Positions 29,011-38,748 of a DNA stretch of 49,185 nt are shown one piece after another. How positions within the stretch are numbered: position 1 is the stretch's first letter; the number at the start of each line of letters is the position of its first letter. Position numbers and translations under genes: made by a program. This DNA comes from a virus. A model generated the notes under the pieces. The model was not told where the DNA came from. It made no database searches and was given only the letters and a program-made list of their open reading frames with translations. The DNA is taken from positions 1 through 49,185 of the IMG/VR virus record IMGVR_UViG_3300045988_177308. The stretch is one strand, 5' to 3'.

Positions 29011-31403
29011 TCGTCCACCACCATTGTGTAGAACCAACCCTTGGACTTCTTGCTCTTACCCTTGCCTCGAATGTATTCGAGCTCGACCGGGCCGGAGATA
29101 AGACCCCTGCCTCGCAGTGACGAGATGATGTTCTTGTACGTCCACTCGTCCAACTCAGGGAATTTATCCCGGACCTTTGTGCACAGGATGGCGTGGTTAG
29201 CCTTGTCGCAGTGCGTGCGAATGAACGTCATGACCGACTCCTGCTGCTTGACGTAGTGGCTGGCCGTAACGTCGTTGAGCGCTTTGAGCAGACACCGCAC
29301 CCAGTGGTTGGCATAGTAGATGGCGTTCAACATGTGTGTCTTGGTGATGACGCCGTCGTCCCGGTCCATGAGGCTGAACAGCCCGGCGACCTGAGGGACG
29401 GTGATGCACAACCTGCGGAACGCCGACTCGAAGATCGATGACTTGTCTTCGACGATGTCGAAGCGCTGTACATTGAGACACCATGTCTCGTAGCGGTCGA
29501 GCGCCTCGTCGTCCACGTCGAGGAGAATGCGGTTCACGTCGAGCTCCCGCTCCTGAAGTCGCTGCTCTACGTCGGGCACGTCGTCAGTCTTGTAGCACAC
29601 GTGGCACAGTTGATTGACGCGACTCGCCAGGGTGTGCGCGAGCTTCTGCGCCTTCCTGTCTCGGTCCTTGCTGTTGCCGAACTTGCGGCGACTGTTGAAC
29701 ATAGCAGCGATCTTCGGCTTATCATCGCTTTTACTCTCGTTGTCTTCTTCGATGTACGTCACCCACGTGAAACGCGTGAGGAACCCGTTCTTGAAGTTGC
29801 GCATTTCGAGGATGTCGATTGACTCATCGTAGATACCAGTGAGAATCACATTGAGGTGTGCGTTAGCGCGATCTACACCCTCAGTCGTGATACGACGGGT
29901 CATCTCGACTTCGCCGCTGAACAACTTGCACAGGCCGGCGTCGAAGCCGTTCCACGACCCGCGGTTGTCCATGATATCTCGGAACTTGTCTTGGATCTCA
30001 TCGAGGGCCATGTACGTTGGCGTGTTGTGAAACGGAGCGATGTCACGCTTCATAGCTTGGATAGTGGAGTCGCTTGCCACTTTGATGCTGTTGGTGCGCC
30101 CGACCAGAGTGCTGCACGAGTCGATGACGGTCTGAGCGCCGTTGACGGCTGTGGTCTTGTGCGCAGTACCGGAGGGGCCGAGGATGAGCGGCCAGAAGCG
30201 AAGACCCTGCTCGTCGTCCCCCGTCGTGTTGATGGACCCGAAGGCTCCGATCGTCGTAGCCATCGTCACCAAACCAAGCGCAGCATGGTAGGCGTCCGCA
30301 GTATCCGTCACTGTGCGACCATAGTCGATATAATCCTTGATGAACGTGGGGTTGTCGTCACTCTCTATAAAAGCCACTTCGTCGTCGGTGAGAAGCTGGA
30401 TCTCACCAGTCTGATACTCGCGAATGGCATTGGCAAAGCTTTCGTCCCCGAGAGCGATGCCATTCTCATCGAGGTGCGTGAAGCTGTCCTTATACTCCTT
30501 ACTGAACTTCTCGACCTCCTTCCACGTGCACAGCTCCCAATTATCCCGCCTCGGGATAGCGTGGCCTTCCTTGGTTTTCCGACCAGCGTAGACGGGGTTG
30601 TACTTGTTGCAGTGTGCGCGGAGCATCAACTGGTATACCTCGTTGTCGGTGAACGTAGAACGAAATAGCTCCATCTGGAACTTCTTGGCCGTCTGAGACC
30701 AACTCTGACGCCCGTCCTCGATCTCGTCGAGATACATAGACCGAAGCGACTGCGTCTTGAGCTTATCTTCGATGACGCGAAGCTGCTCATCATCGCACAT
30801 AGGGGGCGCTTCTCCGACCTTCTTCGCCTCTGCGAGGAGCACAACGGGGTAGACCGCCTTAATCTCATCCAACGTGTAAACGGCGCCGATGTTCTCCACC
30901 ACGCGCACAGGGTAGTCTGCGCCGTACTTCGTGTTGACGGAGCCCGGCACTCGAAGCAGCTTGGACGCCTGCCAGCCGGAGTCGCAGCCTTTGTCACGGT
31001 GCTTCTGATAGATGGACCTCGCAACCTCTGAGCACTCGGCCAGCGAGTATGCCTTGTCGAGGACCCACCAACAATGCGTGCGACTTCTCGATGTGCGCAC
31101 AACCAAACTCGGCTCAACCTCGAATTCGCTCGGCGGGCAGGTATCGGCCTCAGCCCACACGACATTGCACATAGCCCCTTCGTCATCGCCTGAGCGGCTC
31201 TTGCCTGTGAAGACGCCGACCGAGCAGTAGGTGTTCTCATCCTCGCGCATCGACAGGTAGCGCTGGGCGAAGTCGCGCTTCTCCGGCCACTCGACGAATT
31301 TGCTTTTAACGGTCTCCTCCTCATCGAGGGGATCCATCGTCACGATGTTGATGTACCCTTCGATGTCCCCATAGATCATGTCCAGGAATTCTATCGCTTC
31401 CAT
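29007..31403 (-). CDS. DNA primase/helicase (prim-pol N-terminal domain plus NTPase domain)
   Basis: 798 aa; P-loop-like GPSGTAHKT; position upstream of polA; start at ATG preceded by agagaaaggaagagaag. Confidence 0.65.
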   Translation of the reverse strand: MEAIEFLDMIYGDIEGYINIVTMDPLDEEETVKSKFVEWPEKRDFAQRYLSMREDENTYCSVGVFTGKSRSGDDEGAMCNVVWAEADTCPPSEFEVEPSLVVRTSRSRTHCWWVLDKAYSLAECSEVARSIYQKHRDKGCDSGWQASKLLRVPGSVNTKYGADYPVRVVENIGAVYTLDEIKAVYPVVLLAEAKKVGEAPPMCDDEQLRVIEDKLKTQSLRSMYLDEIEDGRQSWSQTAKKFQMELFRSTFTDNEVYQLMLRAHCNKYNPVYAGRKTKEGHAIPRRDNWELCTWKEVEKFSKEYKDSFTHLDENGIALGDESFANAIREYQTGEIQLLTDDEVAFIESDDNPTFIKDYIDYGRTVTDTADAYHAALGLVTMATTIGAFGSINTTGDDEQGLRFWPLILGPSGTAHKTTAVNGAQTVIDSCSTLVGRTNSIKVASDSTIQAMKRDIAPFHNTPTYMALDEIQDKFRDIMDNRGSWNGFDAGLCKLFSGEVEMTRRITTEGVDRANAHLNVILTGIYDESIDILEMRNFKNGFLTRFTWVTYIEEDNESKSDDKPKIAAMFNSRRKFGNSKDRDRKAQKLAHTLASRVNQLCHVCYKTDDVPDVEQRLQERELDVNRILLDVDDEALDRYETWCLNVQRFDIVEDKSSIFESAFRRLCITVPQVAGLFSLMDRDDGVITKTHMLNAIYYANHWVRCLLKALNDVTASHYVKQQESVMTFIRTHCDKANHAILCTKVRDKFPELDEWTYKNIISSLRGRGLISGPVELEYIRGKGKSKKSKGWFYTMVVDE

Positions 31404-31447
31404 CTTCTCTTCCTTTCTCTTCCGAACCGACGGTGTCTTATAGAGCA

Positions 31448-31472
31448 GGAACGGCCCCAACGGGGCCGTTCC
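31448..31472 (-). terminator. hairpin ggaacggcccc-aac-ggggccgttcc
   Basis: 11-bp perfect stem, 3-nt loop, between two minus-strand genes. Confidence 0.45.
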
Positions 31473-31485
31473 TTACTCCTTCCTC

Positions 31486-32085
31486 TTAACCGATGCTGAA
31501 CTTCCTCGTCGTGTCCCTGGCCGGCTGGACCTTAGCCGTGGGTGCGTCCTGCACGACCTTGGGCTTCAGCGGCTCGCCGAGCTGTTCCAGCTCTCGCTTT
31601 CCGTCGTCCACGTAGTAGGACTCGACCGTTGCGTTTACGTAACCCCGATCATTGTGGCGGTTCCCGATTTTGACGAGGACCGTCTGGTCGGGGTCGACCA
31701 GTTCGGTTTCGTCTTCGGGGATCAGGAAGCCCTCGTCGGGGTCGTAGGCGCCGACGGCCTCCCAGAAGTTCGGAAAGCTGTAATTGAGCTTGCCGTTCTT
31801 CCAGTGCGGTTGAAGCGGGACGTTGAAATCCTTGACGATGGCACCGTCGTAGTCGTCGGTCGGGCCATCGATGATCTTCAGGTCAACGACGAGACGCGGT
31901 AGCCCTGCATTGGCAGCGGACTTGTACTCTCCCTTCTCCACATCGCAGATGATAGCCCGATAAACCCCGGGCGCCGGAACCTTGACCGCACCGCCGCGGC
32001 CTCCGAAGTGGCCGTCGGCTCCGAGAGCGGACTTGAGTTCCTTGTCGTCGAGTTTGAATGCCTTATAAGCGGGTTTGCGTACCAT
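31486..32085 (-). CDS. hypothetical protein, possibly ssDNA-binding (DUF2815-like)
   Basis: ATG 32085 after agagaggagaacacc; lies within recombination/replication module. Confidence 0.45.
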   Translation of the reverse strand: MVRKPAYKAFKLDDKELKSALGADGHFGGRGGAVKVPAPGVYRAIICDVEKGEYKSAANAGLPRLVVDLKIIDGPTDDYDGAIVKDFNVPLQPHWKNGKLNYSFPNFWEAVGAYDPDEGFLIPEDETELVDPDQTVLVKIGNRHNDRGYVNATVESYYVDDGKRELEQLGEPLKPKVVQDAPTAKVQPARDTTRKFSIG

Positions 32086-32099
32086 GGTGTTCTCCTCTC

Positions 32100-32867
32100 T
32101 CAGTGGTTGTCGCAAAGCTTCCAGAGCTTTTCGATGGTCAGGTCCTCCACAAACGGAGGAAGGTTGAAGCGATTCTTGGCCCCGATCGTTCGGGATGCGA
32201 ACATCTGCGCTTCCGTATGCGACTCGCCGGTCTTCCGGTCGGTGTCCAGTGACAAATGTACCACCACGTCGGGCGTCTGTCCAACCTTGGCCCGCGAACC
32301 GGATCCGCGCCAAGCGAAGTCGGCCACCCCGTTGTCGTCGGTCTTCTGGTGGACTACGAGGATGGACAGCACCCCGGCGTCCTTCAGAAGAGGGAAGATC
32401 CCGTTCGAGCCGGTGGTCTTCTTGGCTGCCTCCGTCCAGATGGCGAACTTGTTGGGATTCTGCTTGGCCATCTCGACGGCCTCGAAGTGATCCGCACACC
32501 AGTCATTGTAGACGTTGAGCGGGTCAATGACGATTGTCTTGTATTCACGGGGCACTTCACCTGTGAGGAAGGCCACAAGGATGCTGTCCGTGTTGTGGAT
32601 CCAGCCTTCCTCCTTGGTCATGCCCTCCGGTATCGGCATGTTCTTAGGCCTAACGATGTCGATGTTTTCCGGTGGAACATCGCGTGTGACCCCTGTCGTG
32701 CTGCCTTCGAGGTCGAGGTACAACACAGGCGAGGTTGGTGCGAACTTAGCAGCCGAGGCTGCGAACGTCGTCTTCCCCTGACCATAGTCGGAGTAGACGA
32801 GAATCTGCTCGGGTTTGCTGAGTTCGTCGGGTTTGATGATGAATGATTCGATGTCGAAATCTGTCAT
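32100..32867 (-). CDS. AAA_24 / Sak4-like RecA-fold ATPase
   Basis: Walker A YGQGKTT, Walker B-like VIDPLNVY; 255 aa. Confidence 0.7.
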   Translation of the reverse strand: MTDFDIESFIIKPDELSKPEQILVYSDYGQGKTTFAASAAKFAPTSPVLYLDLEGSTTGVTRDVPPENIDIVRPKNMPIPEGMTKEEGWIHNTDSILVAFLTGEVPREYKTIVIDPLNVYNDWCADHFEAVEMAKQNPNKFAIWTEAAKKTTGSNGIFPLLKDAGVLSILVVHQKTDDNGVADFAWRGSGSRAKVGQTPDVVVHLSLDTDRKTGESHTEAQMFASRTIGAKNRFNLPPFVEDLTIEKLWKLCDNH

Positions 32868-33202
32868 TCGTCTTCTCCTTTCTCTTGACGGATGTAAAGC
32901 TGCTCTGTGCTCTTAAGGCACTGGAGATATTCCTCTGCCGAAGCCAGCATTTTCACTCTTTTCGGATCCAACTTTTGAACATAGCAACGTCGAAGCGTAT
33001 CTCCAGATAGAGCCTTTTCAGCCGTCGATATATCGAAACGGTGAACCTCCCTTCGCGTAACTATGTACGGGCCAGCTACTCCGGACTCACCAATCTGCAG
33101 GCGTTGTTTGATGACCGCAGCGAGTTCCTTCTTCCTCTCTTCGAGGCTGTCGATGAGCCCCGATATGTAACCGTATTCGAGAATGTCGTCCTGTTCTTTC
33201 AT
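32864..33202 (-). CDS. hypothetical protein (112 aa)
   Basis: ORF overlapping neighbours by 4 nt. Confidence 0.45.
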   Translation of the reverse strand: MKEQDDILEYGYISGLIDSLEERKKELAAVIKQRLQIGESGVAGPYIVTRREVHRFDISTAEKALSGDTLRRCYVQKLDPKRVKMLASAEEYLQCLKSTEQLYIRQEKGEDE

Positions 33203-33215
33203 ACGATAACACCGC

Positions 33216-33953
33216 CTACGTAGTCTTCTTGACAGCTAGCACGTTACAACGGTAGCAACCGGGATACGACGGGAAGTCCGTGAAGCCGTCGCACAGGGCG
33301 TCGATGATGTGCTGCCCTCTTTCCCACACCTGCTCCGCCTTTTCACGTTCATAGTCAAGGGTGAAGATCTCCACATCGGACACCTGCGAGGCATCCCTCG
33401 GAATGAAAACGACCTTGATCTTGTGCACCGTCCCCTCGCCGTCGCGGCGCTCCTTACCGAGCGCGTAGAGGTGGGTCTGTGCGACGTAGGCGATGTACTT
33501 GGCTTTAGCGCTGTCACCCGTCACATCCGGTACGTCCCCGTGCATCGAGAACACCGCGCTGAGCGCCTTCAGCTTGGCGCGGGTGGTCGTCTTGTAGTCG
33601 ACGATCGTCCCGTCCTCCGGGTCGTAAGCGTCGGCCGTAGACCTGATGAGCCCGTAGTTCTCGTAGAGCCCGAGCTCGAAGCGCTGCTCCAGCTCCCACT
33701 GGGGGAAGAGCCGCTTCGCCCAATATTCCAAGCCGCGGTGGATGTCAGTTCCGATCCTTGCCCCCATGACGAAGTTGGATTCCCGCATCTCGCGCGGCAC
33801 CAACTCGACCCCGCTCTTATCCTTGATACCAGGAAGGATGTCTTCGGCCAGGCACAGCGCACACGGGTTGGAGAGGTTCGAGGCGCCCACCCGAATCTGC
33901 TTGTCCCTCCGGGTCTGCGGCGTGAACAGTGATAGTAATTCGTCGTTCCTCAT
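33216..33953 (-). CDS. Cas4/RecB-family PD-(D/E)xK exonuclease with Fe-S cysteines
   Basis: N-terminal NPCALC, DYK catalytic triad segment, C-terminal CDGF...CYRC; start could instead be the TTG at 33971. Confidence 0.65.
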   Translation of the reverse strand: MRNDELLSLFTPQTRRDKQIRVGASNLSNPCALCLAEDILPGIKDKSGVELVPREMRESNFVMGARIGTDIHRGLEYWAKRLFPQWELEQRFELGLYENYGLIRSTADAYDPEDGTIVDYKTTTRAKLKALSAVFSMHGDVPDVTGDSAKAKYIAYVAQTHLYALGKERRDGEGTVHKIKVVFIPRDASQVSDVEIFTLDYEREKAEQVWERGQHIIDALCDGFTDFPSYPGCYRCNVLAVKKTT

Positions 33954-34319
33954 ACCAGTTGAAGCTCCCAACCTTTGTTGATTGCGAAGTTGATGATATG
34001 CTTACACTCGATAATAGCGGGTGTGTCGCCGGTGTTGTGCAAGATGATCGGCCCGTCCTTGTATTTCAGTGTGGTGTGTGGTTCAATTGCCGCTCGTTGA
34101 GTATCCCGCTGACCCCACACGTGTTGAATGAAGGGCACAGGTGCGAAGTAGAGCAGGTCGTTTTCCATGAGGTTGCGCATGTCCGCTAGCCCAAGGCAGT
34201 AATCCGCACCGTTGACGTCCAGCCACTTATTAAGAGCGGGGATGTATGCGTAGTGCTTATCGAAATTATCGAACAGCACAAATGCGTCCTTCAATCGCTC
34301 TTTAATGTAGTCGTCCATT
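33950..34319 (-). CDS. hypothetical protein (122 aa)
   Basis: ATG preceded by agagaaaggaggaacgaa. Confidence 0.5.
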
Positions 34320-34337
34320 TCGTTCCTCCTTTCTCTG

Positions 34338-34547
34338 TTAACCGAGAACGACGGCCTCCTCGGCCCCGAACCCGGCATTATTCGACTCGAAGAACTCGTC
34401 ATAATGCTCGTTGTACCCCACGCGGCAGTCGAACAAGTCGAGCGACTCAGCCGGGTACAACTGGTATCCTCTCGCCACGAACAGCTTCAAATCGCCGTAC
34501 TTGGCGCGGGCTTTCTCAAGGTCTTCGATGAACTCCGTGATCGTCAT
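34338..34547 (-). CDS. hypothetical protein (69 aa)
   Basis: ATG preceded by gagagaaaggaacacacc. Confidence 0.5.
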   Translation of the reverse strand: MTITEFIEDLEKARAKYGDLKLFVARGYQLYPAESLDLFDCRVGYNEHYDEFFESNNAGFGAEEAVVLG

Positions 34548-34575
34548 GGTGTGTTCCTTTCTCTCAATCAGCTTG

Positions 34576-34623
34576 TACCTTTACGGTACAGGCACAGCCC
34601 CGGACGTGCAAGCTGGGGCTGTG
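34576..34623 (-). terminator. two adjacent hairpins after helicase gene
   Basis: cacagcccc/ggggctgtg 9-bp stem plus gtacc/ggtac. Confidence 0.35.
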
Positions 34624-34632
34624 TGATATAGT

Positions 34633-36105
34633 TCACTTGTTCAGTACTGAACGATTGTTCTCCGCCTGCTGCGCGAGACGCTGGAACGTGCCGTCGTCCA
34701 TCGTGTCCCGAGCCTGGAAATAGTAGCGAATGATCCGCTCTGCAGGCTGGCCCATCCGGTTCAGCCGGCCCTTCGCCTGCTCGCACAGCATCCCGTTCAG
34801 GTCCTCGTCCAGCCACACCTCCACGTGGCACACGCGCTGCAGGCCGTCCAGGCCCTCAGCCGCGGCTCCGACAGTGCACAGCAAGACCTGCACACCCCCC
34901 GCTGTGAACCCCGCAAACGCCTCACTACGTGCCTTAGCCGACTGCGCACCCGTGTACAGAGCTGTCTTCGCACACACCCTGTGTGCAACAGCATTCGCGA
35001 ACCGTTGACTCGACGTGAACACCAGCACTTTGTCGTGTGCGTGGTACTTCTCGATCAGCGCGTTCAACATGTCAAGTTTCCTAGAGCGGCAGTCCGAGTC
35101 GAACGTCACCCTGTCCATGTCAATATCAGGGTCGTACACCATGCACGGCTCGCCCAACGCCACCTGACGCAGACGCACAAGCTTCACAATCGGAAGAGAC
35201 GCCACGAGCAAGCCGCCCTCGATCTCCGTGATCAACTCATACTGCAGGCTGTCATATATCTCACGCTGCTTGTGCGTCAATTCGCACTCGACGATACGCG
35301 TGTCCACGGGCTTCCTCTCGGCGGGCAAACCCACTACACACGGCAAAGAACGAAGGAACGCGCCCGGCTGCTTCTCCGAAACGATCGTCTCGATCTCCTG
35401 CAGTCTGCCGTATCTATCATGTATCCAACTGTTCTGAACAATGCACCACCTCGCTTTCCAGCGGTGGAAAGAACCCTCCACGTACAACCAGTCCCTCTTG
35501 TCGTGGGACAGCGGAACGCGGCTCGGATCTTCAACGTTCCACCACAACCAGCGGCAAATCGACCACAGCCCTTCGAACCGGTTGCCTTGCGGTGTGGCTG
35601 ACATCGCCAGCTTGAAGCCAGCATTCCGCAGGCTCCACATGGCCTTCGCCCTTCCGGATTTACGGTTCGACGCCGACTGCACCTCGTCATAGACGACGAA
35701 GTCAGGCTTGGCCTTCGACCAGGGGAGAAGGTTCTCTTTACCCTTCTCGATGTTCTTCGCATTATAGTCGGATAATCCTAGGTACTCCCTACCGACGTAG
35801 TAGACACCGGGCACACCGGCGCGGAGGTCGTCGAAATGGCCGAGGTGCTTCGAATCGATCCGCTTGAACGGAAGCTCCACGCCCTGCCGGGCGAACGTCG
35901 CCTTCCACGCGCTGACGATCTGCGGCTTCGCCGGCCCCACGATCAACGTCGTAGCCGGCTCAAGCCGCTTCGCCACCTCCACCGCACACAGGGTCTTGCC
36001 CGTCCCCGTGTCCGACACGTCCAAAGCGGCCCGGAAGCCACCCCGCTGTGCGACGATGGCCTCCACCTTCTCCAGTTGCGCCGGGGTAAGATCCAAGAAT
36101 GTCAC
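34633..36105 (-). CDS. SNF2/DEAD-like DNA helicase
   Basis: Walker A DTGTGKT, DEVQ box, helicase C-terminal motifs; GTGA overlap start. Confidence 0.85.
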   Translation of the reverse strand: MTFLDLTPAQLEKVEAIVAQRGGFRAALDVSDTGTGKTLCAVEVAKRLEPATTLIVGPAKPQIVSAWKATFARQGVELPFKRIDSKHLGHFDDLRAGVPGVYYVGREYLGLSDYNAKNIEKGKENLLPWSKAKPDFVVYDEVQSASNRKSGRAKAMWSLRNAGFKLAMSATPQGNRFEGLWSICRWLWWNVEDPSRVPLSHDKRDWLYVEGSFHRWKARWCIVQNSWIHDRYGRLQEIETIVSEKQPGAFLRSLPCVVGLPAERKPVDTRIVECELTHKQREIYDSLQYELITEIEGGLLVASLPIVKLVRLRQVALGEPCMVYDPDIDMDRVTFDSDCRSRKLDMLNALIEKYHAHDKVLVFTSSQRFANAVAHRVCAKTALYTGAQSAKARSEAFAGFTAGGVQVLLCTVGAAAEGLDGLQRVCHVEVWLDEDLNGMLCEQAKGRLNRMGQPAERIIRYYFQARDTMDDGTFQRLAQQAENNRSVLNK

Positions 36106-36662
36106 GCCCGCACCACCTCGAACTTCGCGCACGAGATATCGATCGAACGTACCAGAATGTCCATGTTCAGACCGATCGAGAATGCCTTAATGTAGTACTT
36201 GTCCACATCCGCCTTACCTTCAGGGTCCTTCGTCAAGAGGAACTCAGTACCATCGTATTTACGGCGGCACCATACATATCCCTGATCTTTCAGAATACCC
36301 GTCACCGAATCGGCAGGACACTCCTCCCCCTTCACGTGGAAAGGAGGGTCGTAGAAGCGATCCACCGTGTGCCGTGACGCGTCGTAGTAATACCCGGACG
36401 GGGCCTTGCCAGGTCTGAAAGGCGGTTCGTCCTGCTTGACCAGAATCAATCGAATCCCGTTGCACGTGTAGAAGACCTGCCGCTCCGACGCGTACCCGAT
36501 GCTGATAGCCCGGAACGGCTTGCCCTTGGCGTCTTCCACCGTCTCCCGATATGAGTTGTGCATCGCCTCACTTGACGTCGGCACATAATCCAGCGTGTCG
36601 TCCAGATTGACGGCGAACCAGCCCTCCAGCGGTCCCTTCTTCCCGTACAGCAACTGCCTCAC
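36102..36662 (-). CDS. putative DNA N6-adenine/N4-cytosine methyltransferase
   Basis: DPPF motif (FYDPPFH); GTG start overlapping whiB stop; 186 aa. Confidence 0.45.
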   Translation of the reverse strand: MRQLLYGKKGPLEGWFAVNLDDTLDYVPTSSEAMHNSYRETVEDAKGKPFRAISIGYASERQVFYTCNGIRLILVKQDEPPFRPGKAPSGYYYDASRHTVDRFYDPPFHVKGEECPADSVTGILKDQGYVWCRRKYDGTEFLLTKDPEGKADVDKYYIKAFSIGLNMDILVRSIDISCAKFEVVRA

Positions 36663-36946
36663 AGCTTGCCCTCCTCTTCTCTCCGTGCCCGGCGCTCGAA
36701 CGAGTCTTCCCCGCCTATCACGCCGAACAGCCTCTTCTGCCCTTTCTCCACGCGGTCCGCATAGTCCCTGCACTCACGTCGCACGGGGCAAACCGAGCAC
36801 ACCCACTTGGCCCGCGCATAGTAGGGGTCGTCCTCGACGTCGGCCCCCTCGCGGGGAGCGAAGAACAGGTGCATGCCGATGTCGCTCTTCTTGCAGCGCG
36901 CCTGCTTGACCCATTCTTCGCCCCTCCAGATGTCAGCGATGTCCAT
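36659..36946 (-). CDS. whiB: WhiB-family transcription regulator
   Basis: Four-Cys pattern C-x29-C-x2-C-x5-C and C-terminal basic tail. Confidence 0.8.
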   Translation of the reverse strand: MDIADIWRGEEWVKQARCKKSDIGMHLFFAPREGADVEDDPYYARAKWVCSVCPVRRECRDYADRVEKGQKRLFGVIGGEDSFERRARREEEGKL

Positions 36947-37488
36947 TACCGTTTCTTCACACACCCCTTGAGGCGGGACAGCTGGGGACCGATCGGGTTA
37001 CGGTAGTGCCCTTTTGTGTTGTACGGTTCCCTAGCCTTCGACGAAAGTTTCATGAATGACACCTGAGCGATCGGCTCCACACCGGTCGAATCCAACAACA
37101 GGTCGAAAACCGTCGGAAGAATCAACGGGTGGGAATTGACGTTGTATAGCTCCAGGGTGATCATCCCCTCGAACCCAGGATCGATGAAGCCTGCGGTGAT
37201 GTGCGTCAACAGCCCGAGGCGGCCCCAACTCGACCGGCCCTCCACCTGTGCGGCGATATTCGCTGGGAGAGAGAACTTCTCCAAGGTCGCTCCGAGCCAC
37301 AGTTCGCCGGGCGGGAGAACGAACTCGCTCCGTGCGCCCCAGGCCACATGCCGCTCACCTGTCTTCGTGTTGAGAAAGTACGGGCCTAGGTGCACGTCGT
37401 AACTAGCCGGTTGAAGGCAATCATCACGGAGCGGGTCCACCAGTCCCGTACGCTTCGCCAGTTTTTTAATGTCTCTGTCAGATAACAT
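36946..37488 (-). CDS. dcd: dCTP deaminase / dUTPase family
   Basis: ASYDVHLG, EGRSSWGRLGL, HITAGFIDPGFEG motifs. Confidence 0.8.
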   Translation of the reverse strand: MLSDRDIKKLAKRTGLVDPLRDDCLQPASYDVHLGPYFLNTKTGERHVAWGARSEFVLPPGELWLGATLEKFSLPANIAAQVEGRSSWGRLGLLTHITAGFIDPGFEGMITLELYNVNSHPLILPTVFDLLLDSTGVEPIAQVSFMKLSSKAREPYNTKGHYRNPIGPQLSRLKGCVKKR

Positions 37489-38094
37489 TGAATGACAGCC
37501 CCCTTCCATTTAGTGTGTATTGGTTCAGTCTGAACATCACGACGGGTTTTTGATCGCCCGGGTCGGCTGCGCAAATGCGCAGCATGTCGAAGCCGTCGCC
37601 GTGGTTGACGTCGACGCAGCCCACTGTGAAAGGGACCCTATTCGCGTCGATGCGCACACGGGAGGCGCCGTTCGACACAGCGTCGTAGTCGTCGTCCAGG
37701 TGAAGGCACAGCCCGCCGTCCGATACCGACACGGACTGGATGCGATAGCCCACCAGCGCCTCCCTCATATGGGAGATGAAGACGGGTAGCGGATCGGTCG
37801 GCTGGGACAGTCCGATCACGGCGACGACGTCGTTCATTCTATCGAACAGTTGCCACGTATACGACCCGTCTCCCGTCCGCCTGCGCGCCATACGCTTGAG
37901 AGGCATGGCGCACACGGCCGGCGCCGGGTGGTCAACGGTGAACTCAGATTTCTTCAAATACACTGAGGTGCCGTTGCCGAAGAAGAACGTCGTTCTGTTG
38001 ACAGAGTCAACAATGCGGTCGACGGTCCACCCTTCTCGCACAAGGGGGTTGAACAGGTCGAATATGTGCTGGAGCAGTTTCTCATCCTTACTCA
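37478..38094 (-). CDS. hypothetical protein (205 aa)
   Basis: ORF with consistent codon bias. Confidence 0.45.
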
Positions 38095-38648
38095 TTAGCC
38101 GCGTCTCCGTCTTTGAAAAGCAGCTCGACAGCATGACCCGCTGCGGTTTCGATGTATATCGCGTCCCCTTGGTCGAGGATGTGTTCCACAGGCGAGTCCA
38201 CCGCCAACCAATTCACGAAGACGCCCGTCAGGCCATCGGCCTCCTCCGTGAACACCACACCGGTGGCCAAAAGGGCATATTTCTTATATTGGTTGACATT
38301 CATCGAGCTGTGCAGGTTCTGTCCGTACAGCTCGCCGAGCAGCCACTCCTTCCGGGTGATGTTCCGAAGCTCCACGTGTGCGATAACGTCGCCATACTCG
38401 TTGAAGAGTCGAACCTGCCTGAACTGATCGTCGTACCTCACGTAGCTCACAAGCACATCGAGATTGTTCAAGCCATAGCGCCCCACTCTATAACCCCAAT
38501 CTCTCCTTTTGTTACACAAAGGGAGAGCTACGTAGCTGGACAGGCTGGTGAAGAACAAGCGACCATCCATGACCTCCATGCCCATCAATGGGAGGCCTTC
38601 AAGCCTTTTCAAAGCATCCACGTAGTCCTGTGGTTTTTCGAAGCTCAT
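38088..38648 (-). CDS. hypothetical protein (186 aa)
   Basis: ATG preceded by gagagaagggattaatcaat. Confidence 0.5.
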   Translation of the reverse strand: MSFEKPQDYVDALKRLEGLPLMGMEVMDGRLFFTSLSSYVALPLCNKRRDWGYRVGRYGLNNLDVLVSYVRYDDQFRQVRLFNEYGDVIAHVELRNITRKEWLLGELYGQNLHSSMNVNQYKKYALLATGVVFTEEADGLTGVFVNWLAVDSPVEHILDQGDAIYIETAAGHAVELLFKDGDAANE

Positions 38649-38698
38649 ATTGATTAATCCCTTCTCTCGGTGATATGCGTATTAAGAAGTGTATACGG

Positions 38699-38728
38699 AA
38701 AGGGCGGGGGCCGTCAAGCCCCCGCCCT
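38699..38728 (-). terminator. intrinsic terminator (minus strand)
   Basis: gggcgggggc/gcccccgccc 10-bp stem, followed on minus strand by TTTCC. Confidence 0.6.
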
Positions 38729-38748
38729 GTGAAATACGTCACTGTTTG

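Noticed and set aside
29856-30668. 270-aa plus-strand ORF
   Set aside because: Antisense to primase/helicase gene.
37776-38657. 293-aa plus-strand ORF
   Set aside because: Antisense to two well-supported minus-strand genes that have canonical SDs.
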